DNA of 64,000 bases from NCBI GenBank assembly GCA_039915685.1, contig JBDSMU010000069.1, positions 2,394 through 66,393 on the forward strand. Reading direction: 5' to 3'. Every line of letters starts with the position of its first letter. The first letter of the stretch is position 1. This document shows positions 1-6,977 of this stretch, piece after piece. Position numbers and translations under genes: made by a program. Origin of the DNA: Gemmatimonadales bacterium (lineage in GTDB: Bacteria; Gemmatimonadota; Gemmatimonadetes; Gemmatimonadales; GWC2-71-9). The notes beneath the pieces are model-generated. The model ran no database searches. It saw nothing but the letters and a program-made list of their open reading frames with translations, and was not told where the DNA came from.

Positions 1-233
1 TTCCCAGTCCCTTTTCCGCCACGCGATACCACGCACTCGTGGTGCGCGACGAGGGTTTGCCGAATTGCCTGGTGGTCACGGCGAGGGCGACAGACGACGG
101 CGAGATCATGGGAATCCGCCACCGCACTCATCCGGTGGAAGGGGTCCAGTTTCATCCCGAATCGGTGTTGACCCAACACGGGCATGCCTTGGTCGAGAAC
201 TTCCTGTCGCGTGTCGGCACCGAGTACGCTTGA
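1..233 (+). CDS. trpG: Glutamine amidotransferase, anthranilate/aminodeoxychorismate synthase component II (C-terminal fragment; 5' end outside window)
   Basis: Frame 3 is open from the window edge (..ATRYHALVV precedes the listed Met at 39). Carries the class-I GATase C-terminal motifs RYHxLVV and GVQFHPES. Confidence 0.85.
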   Translation, partial: PSPFSATRYHALVVRDEGLPNCLVVTARATDDGEIMGIRHRTHPVEGVQFHPESVLTQHGHALVENFLSRVGTEYA

Positions 234-237
234 CCGC

Positions 238-759
238 CTAGAGGTCGCGGTTTCGCCGTCGTTCGCGTCGCCATGAATCCATGCCGGCCACCTCGCCGGC
301 CCGGCCCAGGATGAACGAAACGCAGAGCGCCACCAAAAGAATGTATTGGCGCGCGTCCAGTGGCCCCCGTGACGACGCTGCGATCGCAAGCGTGATCGCG
401 ATCACGATCCCGAGCAGCGACGCCAAGTTCGTGAACGCCCCCACGACCAAGAGCACGCCGGTTACCGTCTGTCCCCACGCGACCACCGCTGCCACCACGA
501 TCCCATGCGGCATCAGGAGGTCGCGCACCACAGCCGCCATCGGCCCCGATGGATGAGTGGCAAGCCAAGTCGCCAAGCGTGCCGGCAACTCAAGCTGCCA
601 CTGCAACGACGTTACCGGCACAGGCAGGAAGTCGACCATGTTGTACAGCGTGAGCTTGCCAACCCCGGCGTAGAGAAAGATGCCGCCGACCACCACGCGC
701 AGCATCACCAGGCCGCGTGCCGCGGCGGCGCCGCGCGCCCGGTACGGTGGATCAATCAC
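238..759 (-). CDS. DoxX family membrane protein
   Basis: 173-aa ORF with four hydrophobic segments and the DoxX-like N-terminal motif RVVVGGIFLYAGVGKL. Overlaps the pfk stop by 8 nt; a start at the internal Met (MLRVVVGG) is also possible. Confidence 0.65.
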   Translation of the reverse strand: MIDPPYRARGAAAARGLVMLRVVVGGIFLYAGVGKLTLYNMVDFLPVPVTSLQWQLELPARLATWLATHPSGPMAAVVRDLLMPHGIVVAAVVAWGQTVTGVLLVVGAFTNLASLLGIVIAITLAIAASSRGPLDARQYILLVALCVSFILGRAGEVAGMDSWRRERRRNRDL

Positions 760-1831
760 CGAACGAGATCCCGAGATGGCGCGCGGTCAGGATAATGCCG
801 GAGTCGAGGGGAACGGTCTTCAGTCGGCCGATTACCTCATCGAACGGCACTCGCGACACATTGGGCGGTGTGTAAGCGATCATCACGCCGAACTCGCCAT
901 CGGCGATGGAACGGATCGCCGCCGATCCGAATCGCAGCGCCAGCAGGCGATCAAACGTGGTGGGTGAACCGCCCCGCTGGAGATGGCCGAGCACCAGCGA
1001 ACGTGTCTCCTTGCCGGTGCGTTGCGCGATGCCGCGCGCCACCTGCTCACCGACGCCGCCAAAGCGGTCGCTGGTCCCGACTTGTCGGCGTTCCGCGTAC
1101 ACCGCATCGCCGTCCACCGGTCGCGCGCCCTCGGCAACAACCACAATCGCGAAGTGCCGACCCACCCGCTCACGCTCGCGAACCTTGTCGCACACCTTGT
1201 CCATGCTGAATGGGATCTCCGGGATCAGGATCACGTCAGCGGTGCCCGAGATGCCGGTGTGAAGTGCGATCCACCCGGCATCGCGACCCATCAGTTCCAC
1301 CACCATCACACGATCATGCGCCTCGGCGGTGGTATGCAGCTTGTCGAGCGCGTCAGTGGCCGTTGAGACCGCCGTGTCGAATCCGAACGTCGTCTCGGTG
1401 CCCCACACGTCATTGTCGATCGTCTTGGGAACGCCGACGACGGGCAAGCCCCGCCGGCCCAACTCCGCAGCAATACTTAGCGAACCGTCGCCACCGATCG
1501 ACACCAGGGCGTCGATGCCCTCGCGACGGAATGCGCTGATCAGCTCGTCGCAACGATCGATCTCGACGACGCTGCCATCGGGCTGCAGCTTTGGCCAGCG
1601 AAGTGGGTTGCCCCGATTGGTGGTGCCGAGGATCGTCCCGCCGAGATGGGTGATGCCCCGCACCTGTTCCACACCGAGCGGCATCAAACCGGTACCGTCG
1701 TAGATGCCATGGAATCCGCGGCGAATACCGACGCACTCCCAACCGCGATCAACCGCCGTGAGTACCACGGCGCGGATCACCGCATTGAGACCTGGCGCGT
1801 CGCCGCCGCCGGTCGAAATGGCAATCTTCAC
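752..1831 (-). CDS. pfkA: 6-phosphofructokinase
   Basis: Motifs IAISTGGGDAPGLNAVIRA, SIGGDGS, VPKTIDNDV, MGRDAGWIA. Start refined to GTG at 1831-1829, preceded by AGGGG (SD-like). The longer listed N-terminus is Arg-rich and non-conserved. Confidence 0.9.
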   Translation of the reverse strand: MKIAISTGGGDAPGLNAVIRAVVLTAVDRGWECVGIRRGFHGIYDGTGLMPLGVEQVRGITHLGGTILGTTNRGNPLRWPKLQPDGSVVEIDRCDELISAFRREGIDALVSIGGDGSLSIAAELGRRGLPVVGVPKTIDNDVWGTETTFGFDTAVSTATDALDKLHTTAEAHDRVMVVELMGRDAGWIALHTGISGTADVILIPEIPFSMDKVCDKVRERERVGRHFAIVVVAEGARPVDGDAVYAERRQVGTSDRFGGVGEQVARGIAQRTGKETRSLVLGHLQRGGSPTTFDRLLALRFGSAAIRSIADGEFGVMIAYTPPNVSRVPFDEVIGRLKTVPLDSGIILTARHLGISFGD

Positions 1832-1981
1832 GCAACCCCTGTCGTTGACCTGCCGAGCTCGACCGGCAGGACGCCGGCCATGCACCTGCGGCAGCATGCC
1901 TGCGCAAAGTATAGGGGTACGGATGGATGGTGCCGAACCGCTGGTCCCTTCGCTGGCATTGGGGCGCCGTTATCATTCGCC

Positions 1982-2917
1982 ATGATCAGTATTCGTTATG
2001 CATTAAGCGCCCTCCTCTTCGGTGCAAGTGCCCAACTGGCGGCACAGGCGCCGGTGGTTCCAGCCGTTCCGTCGGTCAGTCCCGCGGCGGCCCCCATTGA
2101 TTCCGCGCGACCGCCTCACGCTTCGCGCACCCTCGCCGTGCTACCCGGCTCCATGCTCCCCGCCAACCGCATCATCGCGTACTACGGCACGCCGCTGTCG
2201 AAGCGCATGGGCATTCTGGGCGAGATCCCGCCGGCGCAGATGCTCGCACGGCTCGATTCTACGGCCCGGGAATGGGAGAAAGCCGACAGCACGACGCCGG
2301 TCAAGCGGGCGCTTCACATGATCGTCACGGTGGCCCAGGCATCGCCCGGTCGTGACGGCATGTACCGCGGGCGCACGGGAGATCAAGTCATCGCAACCGT
2401 GGCGCAATGGGCCGAGGAGCATGACTACCTGCTCTTCCTGGATATCCAGCCTGGTCGGAGCTCGATCGAGGCAGAGTTGCCCCGGTTGCTCCCCTGGCTC
2501 CGGAAACCCTACGTCCACCTCGGGCTCGACCCCGAATTCGCGATGTCGGCCACCGGGATTCCCGGGAGGCGCATCGGGACCCTTGATGCGCGGAACGTCA
2601 ATCATGCCATCGGCGTTCTTGCGAAGCTGGTCGAAGAGCACGGGCTACCGCCGAAGGTGCTGGTGGTCCATCGGTTCACCGAGAAGATGCTGACGAATCA
2701 CCAGAATATCCGGACCGACCCGCGAGTTCAGGTGGTGATTCACGCGGACGGTTTCGGAGCTCCGGCACTCAAGAAGAACATCTTCGACCTGGTCGTGACC
2801 CGCAGGCCGGTCCAGTACGCCGGCCTCAAGATCTTCTACAGGAATGACAAGCCGAGGATGACGATGGCTCAGGTTTTGGCACTCAGGCCGATTCCCCTCT
2901 ACATCCAGTACCAGTGA
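1982..2917 (+). CDS. Secreted hypothetical protein (signal peptide; no family recognised)
   Basis: Start refined to ATG 1982 (MISIRYALSALLFGASAQLAAQA is a signal peptide). The listed upstream 112 aa are antisense to pfk. High GC3 throughout. Confidence 0.6.
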   Translation: MISIRYALSALLFGASAQLAAQAPVVPAVPSVSPAAAPIDSARPPHASRTLAVLPGSMLPANRIIAYYGTPLSKRMGILGEIPPAQMLARLDSTAREWEKADSTTPVKRALHMIVTVAQASPGRDGMYRGRTGDQVIATVAQWAEEHDYLLFLDIQPGRSSIEAELPRLLPWLRKPYVHLGLDPEFAMSATGIPGRRIGTLDARNVNHAIGVLAKLVEEHGLPPKVLVVHRFTEKMLTNHQNIRTDPRVQVVIHADGFGAPALKKNIFDLVVTRRPVQYAGLKIFYRNDKPRMTMAQVLALRPIPLYIQYQ

Positions 2918-3330
2918 GCCCGATGCTCATCCGCTGCGCCGCGGGCAGCGTCGTGGCGCTTGTGCTGGCAGCGGCCCCGTATCCCATTGCCGCGCAAGCT
3001 CAGGCCCAGGTCGCCGATTCGGCCCAGCTCGCACTGGGGCGGAAGGTGTTCGAGTCGAAAGGCCTCTGCTTTTCCTGTCACGGCAAGAGTGGCGATGGCC
3101 TGCTCGGCCCGACCACGAATCTCGTGAGCCGAACGTTCACGCACACCAAGGGCAGTGTGGCCGAGCTGGTGGCGCTGATCAAGGCGGGGATCTCGGCAGA
3201 CCAATCGGCCAGTAAGCAGGTCATGCCCGCTCGCGGTGGCTCACGGATAAGCGACCGCGAACTGGCAGCAGTTGCGGCGTACGTCAAGCATATGAATTCC
3301 ATGGCGCGTGCCCCGTCGAGCATTTTATGA
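2914..3330 (+). CDS. c-type cytochrome (class I, mono-haem), secreted
   Basis: Signal peptide, haem-binding CFSCHG, distal Met (QVMPA). GTGA overlap with the upstream stop; ATG 2923 is an alternative start. Confidence 0.8.
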   Translation: MSPMLIRCAAGSVVALVLAAAPYPIAAQAQAQVADSAQLALGRKVFESKGLCFSCHGKSGDGLLGPTTNLVSRTFTHTKGSVAELVALIKAGISADQSASKQVMPARGGSRISDRELAAVAAYVKHMNSMARAPSSIL

Positions 3331-3341
3331 TTGGTATCAAC

Positions 3342-3486
3342 TAGTACTACGCCATAAGCCCCCCGAAGTTTTTTAGTAGTACATGTCACGAATACTACAC
3401 ATCATGCCGCGTTGTAGCGCCGTTATCCCTTGAAAAACGGTCGCTGACGTAGTATACTCCACAACCTCAGGCCTGACCCTACTACA
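3342..3486. promoter_or_regulatory. Cluster of five GTACTAC/GTAGTAC heptads (candidate operator array) in an AT-rich gap
   Basis: GTACTAC 3344-3350, GTAGTAC 3376-3382, ATACTAC 3392-3398, GTAGTAT 3449-3455, CTACTAC 3479-3485, in alternating orientation. Includes 8-bp palindromes TAGTACTA 3342-3349 and AGTATACT 3451-3458. Confidence 0.5.
3430..3458 (+). promoter_or_regulatory. Sigma70-like promoter, TTGAAA-17 bp-TATACT
   Basis: -35 TTGAAA at 3430-3435, exact 17-bp spacer, -10 TATACT at 3453-3458. Each hexamer matches the consensus at 5 of 6 positions. Oriented towards the 3494/3536 CDS. Confidence 0.5.
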
Positions 3487-3535
3487 ATCGCTCTTGTTGG
3501 CTGCTACATTGTCCTCTCTGCAGGGCTTTCGCATC

Positions 3536-4666
3536 ATGCGCGCACGCGAGGAGTTGCACCTGGATCTCCCCACCTCCCATCGAATCCCGCTCACCTGGCT
3601 GCTCCATCATGGCGGCCCGTCGGTGCGGTTCCGTACCCTGTCGGAGCTTTCCCCCAAGGGAAGCGTCGACCGGGCGACCATGACGGAGGCCCTGACTGCC
3701 GCCGTCCTCTCCTCCCCGGTATCGGCCGTCACCACCCGGCAGCAGGAAAACGGGATGTGGGGAACCAACTTCCTGGGATACGGCCCGTCTCCGCGGGACA
3801 AGATCGAGGAAGCCGGCACGGTCGCGCAGTATCGCCGCCTGATCGAGCTCGGTTTGCCTCGTACCACGCGCCCGTTTCGTCTCGCCGAACGCTTGATGTT
3901 CCGTACCCTGTCGCGCGACCCCGATCTGCTGCTCTACGGGGAGTTCGCCGATGCTGCGGAGGAGGATCCCCGGTACGCCGAGTGGTATAGGTATCAGGTG
4001 CGGGAAGGAGTGAGCGCGGCGCTGGCGGAGGCGGGACACCAGGACGATCCCCGATTACGGGGGTCGGCACACAAGGTGGCGACTGCGGTTTCGGCCTTCC
4101 TTCGCTCGCCGCAGGCCGATGACGCGCTGATCAAGCGGTCGGGCGGATGGCAACTTCCCCCCGACGTGACGCCGCCAAGCTGGTGGTCACTCTCGCTCTT
4201 CGCGGCAATGCCTGCGCTGCAGCGCGAGCGCGCGGGTTTCATGGATCGACTCGGGCAGTATCTGGCGCAGCCCTGCGAGCGCCGAAGCTTCATGATCGGG
4301 ATTGGTTCGCGGACGTGGAAGCCGGTGCATCTGGTGCTGGGTGATCCGATCGATGTCGACAACAAGGGGCAGCCGAAGGATTTGCCGCTCGCGTTGCACT
4401 TCATAGAGTTGCTCGCGAACATGGGTCAGATCGCGGCGGTCGAGAGTGCGCACACCCTCTTTCTCCAGCTTCTCGGCGACCTCGATGCCGATGGCGTGTG
4501 GCATCCGAAGAATCTGCGTTCGCAACCGAAGGCGCTGTCGCCGATCACGTACCATTGCTGGCCCCTCTCGGCGGACGACAACTCGCTCGAGTCCCGGCAA
4601 GCGGACATCACGTTCCGCCTTGCCCTGATCGCCAAACAGCTGGGATGGAGCCTCGAGTACTCCTGA
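3536..4666 (+). CDS. Hypothetical protein (possibly an alpha/alpha-repeat fold; QxxNGxW- and DGxW-like motifs)
   Basis: Long high-GC3 ORF. The start is either ATG 3536 or TTG 3494. No family assigned with confidence. First gene of a tightly packed three-gene unit. Confidence 0.6.
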   Translation: MRAREELHLDLPTSHRIPLTWLLHHGGPSVRFRTLSELSPKGSVDRATMTEALTAAVLSSPVSAVTTRQQENGMWGTNFLGYGPSPRDKIEEAGTVAQYRRLIELGLPRTTRPFRLAERLMFRTLSRDPDLLLYGEFADAAEEDPRYAEWYRYQVREGVSAALAEAGHQDDPRLRGSAHKVATAVSAFLRSPQADDALIKRSGGWQLPPDVTPPSWWSLSLFAAMPALQRERAGFMDRLGQYLAQPCERRSFMIGIGSRTWKPVHLVLGDPIDVDNKGQPKDLPLALHFIELLANMGQIAAVESAHTLFLQLLGDLDADGVWHPKNLRSQPKALSPITYHCWPLSADDNSLESRQADITFRLALIAKQLGWSLEYS

Positions 4667-4667
4667 C

Positions 4668-5354
4668 ATGGGCACAGCCATTGACCTGACGCCCTTCGGC
4701 TTCACGCCGACGGAGAGCCTGATCTACGAGGTGCTGCTCACCAGCGGCCCCGGCACCGGATACACGATCGCTCGTGAAGCCGGTCTGGCCCGGGCAAATG
4801 TGTACGCGGCGCTTGAGGGCTTGGTGACCAAGGGCGCCTCGCGGGTGGAGGACGGGCGGCCTCGCCGGTTTCGCCCGGAACCGCCGAGCACCCTGCTGGC
4901 GCGCCTCACCGATCGGCAGGGCGAGGCAATCGACCGACTGAGCGCCGCGCTGTCAGCACTTGCGGCGCCCACCACAGCCACGCTCGTCGAACTCACATCT
5001 TCGCGAGGAGCTGTTCAACTGATGGGGCATGAGATAGCTCGCGCAGAGCGAAGCGTCGACCTGCTGGCACCGCCTGATGGGTGTCTGGCGCTGGCTCCTC
5101 AACTTCGGCGAGCCATGAACGCACAGCTCGTGCTGTCGGTTTCGTCCACTGCGGCGGTCTCGCTGGGAACGATGATTGTCGACGTGGTGGAGCGTGGTGG
5201 GTGGCCGGGTGAGCCAGTGATCATGGTCGTCGACTCCCGCGCCGCGGTAATCGGCAGCCGAGATAGCGATCACTTTAGCGGGCACTGGGGGAGCGGCGAC
5301 GCATTCGTCGCAGCCGCCGCCCATGCGCTGGCGCAAATTCGGAGTGGGACATGA
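4668..5354 (+). CDS. TrmB-family helix-turn-helix transcriptional regulator
   Basis: The N-terminal winged HTH (LTPFGFTPTESLIYEVLLTSGPGTGYTIAREAGLARANVYAALEGLVTKG) is typical of TrmB-like regulators. Starts 1 nt after the upstream stop. Confidence 0.8.
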   Translation: MGTAIDLTPFGFTPTESLIYEVLLTSGPGTGYTIAREAGLARANVYAALEGLVTKGASRVEDGRPRRFRPEPPSTLLARLTDRQGEAIDRLSAALSALAAPTTATLVELTSSRGAVQLMGHEIARAERSVDLLAPPDGCLALAPQLRRAMNAQLVLSVSSTAAVSLGTMIVDVVERGGWPGEPVIMVVDSRAAVIGSRDSDHFSGHWGSGDAFVAAAAHALAQIRSGT

Positions 5355-6970
5355 GCACCGGCGCGATGGAGGAAATGGATCCGGCGTTCGTGGCTTTGCA
5401 GCGCGACTACCTGCGTGAGGCGCCCGCCCGGTTGGCTGAGCTGCGCAAGGACCTGGCGGCGTTCCGTGCCGGCGAACCCGATGCGCTCGAGTCGCTGCGC
5501 CAGCGATTCCACCGCCTCGCGGGCTCCGGTGGCTCATATGGCTTTCCGCGGGTCACCGAGGTGGCAAGGGCGCAGGAACACCGGATCATGACGCCACCCG
5601 AACCGGTCCCCACGGCCGTCGCCGACTCCGACGCGTTCGACACCGCGATCAACGACCTGAAGGCGGCATTCGACGAAGCAGCGGTCGATATGGGAGTTCC
5701 GCTCGTGCTGGGGCGTCTCCCGGGCTTCGGCTGGCGCGCTCTCGTCCTGATGGGCGATTCCGAGCCGCGCCGCGCGATCGTGCAGGCCCTCGAGGAAACG
5801 GGATTTGTCGCATCGTCACACGACGCTCCGGTCGATCCGTGGGACGTCGCACCTTCGGAGCGTCCCGACCTCGTGATCATTGGGGCGGAGGCAGGTGACG
5901 ACCCGCTCGCGCTCGCCCGGTACTGGGCCGCCCCGACACCCGAGCGGCCGCGCGCGGTTGTCCTCGCCGACCCGGACAATCGTTTCGACCGCCTGCGCAT
6001 TGCAGCGGCCGGGGTCGACGCGGTATTCGGCCCCACGACGTTGCCGCGCGGGTTGGCGCAATACGCCTGTGCGCTTGCCCAGATCGGCGCACCGCCCGCG
6101 AATGTCCTCGTGGTGGAAGATGATCCCCAGCAGGCGCAGCTTCTGGCCACGTGGCTCGGCCAGCTGAATGCCCAGGTCTCAATCTGCGAGAGCGCACAAG
6201 TCGCGCGTGAAGCGCTCGCGCACGAAACCCCCGACCTCGTCCTGCTCGATGTCGACCTTCCCGACGTCGATGGCTACGCCCTGGCGAGGCTGATCCGTCA
6301 AGACCCGCGCCTCGGACTGGTGCCAATCGTTTTCCTCACCGCGCGCCACTCGCTTGCCGATGAAATGGAGGGCCTGCGCGCCGGTGGCGATGACTTCATC
6401 GCGAAGCCGATCGACCGAAGTCACCTTCTGCAGGTTGTCCTGACACGCACCGAGCGCGGGCGCCGGATCCGGGATCTCGTGCACCGCGACGGCCTCACCG
6501 GCGTGCTCAACCATGCGACGCTCATGGCAGAGCTCGAGCATGCCCTCGCGTTCGCGACCCGACACGGCGAGGCGCTGACGTTCCTGATGCTCGACCTCGA
6601 TCACTTCAAGCGCGTCAACGACACGCATGGTCACCTTGTCGGTGATCAGGTCCTGATGCATGTGGCGCGCATCTTCAGGAAGGTGATCCGCGGGTCGGAC
6701 ATGCTGGGCCGCTACGGAGGGGAGGAGTTCGGGATCATTCTGCGCCGCTGCCCGCCCGCAAACGGACGCGCCATCGCCGAAAAGCTGCGGCAGGCGCTTT
6801 CCGATGCGCCGATCGCGATCGGCGGCCCTGATCCGATTGCACTGCGGGTGAGCATCGGCGTTGCGTCGTTCCCGGGATCCGGGATGACAGCTACCGACGT
6901 GGCCTCGACCGCGGATCGGGCCCTCTACCGCGCCAAGGCGTCGGGCCGCGATCGGGTGGAGATGGCGTAG
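5351..6970 (+). CDS. Hpt / degenerate receiver / receiver / GGDEF diguanylate cyclase response regulator
   Basis: Hpt motif HRLAGSGGSYGF. REC: VLVVEDD..DLVLLDVDLPDVDG..FLTA..AKP. GGDEF: RYGGEEFGIIL, with the RxxD I-site RGSD 5 residues upstream. ATGA overlap with trmB. Confidence 0.9.
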   Translation: MSTGAMEEMDPAFVALQRDYLREAPARLAELRKDLAAFRAGEPDALESLRQRFHRLAGSGGSYGFPRVTEVARAQEHRIMTPPEPVPTAVADSDAFDTAINDLKAAFDEAAVDMGVPLVLGRLPGFGWRALVLMGDSEPRRAIVQALEETGFVASSHDAPVDPWDVAPSERPDLVIIGAEAGDDPLALARYWAAPTPERPRAVVLADPDNRFDRLRIAAAGVDAVFGPTTLPRGLAQYACALAQIGAPPANVLVVEDDPQQAQLLATWLGQLNAQVSICESAQVAREALAHETPDLVLLDVDLPDVDGYALARLIRQDPRLGLVPIVFLTARHSLADEMEGLRAGGDDFIAKPIDRSHLLQVVLTRTERGRRIRDLVHRDGLTGVLNHATLMAELEHALAFATRHGEALTFLMLDLDHFKRVNDTHGHLVGDQVLMHVARIFRKVIRGSDMLGRYGGEEFGIILRRCPPANGRAIAEKLRQALSDAPIAIGGPDPIALRVSIGVASFPGSGMTATDVASTADRALYRAKASGRDRVEMA

Positions 6971-6977
6971 GGAGCGG

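Noticed and set aside
1646-1981. Long N-terminal extensions of listed ORFs: 1646 start for the secreted protein, 13843 for the propeller protein, 50108 for tkt, 53648 for the symporter, 27629 for rho, 9689 for lon and 25737 for tnaA.
   Set aside because: The extensions overlap neighbouring genes or their antisense strand and are Arg/Pro-rich. Downstream starts expose signal peptides or family-typical N-termini, often with an SD motif or an ATGA/GTGA junction.
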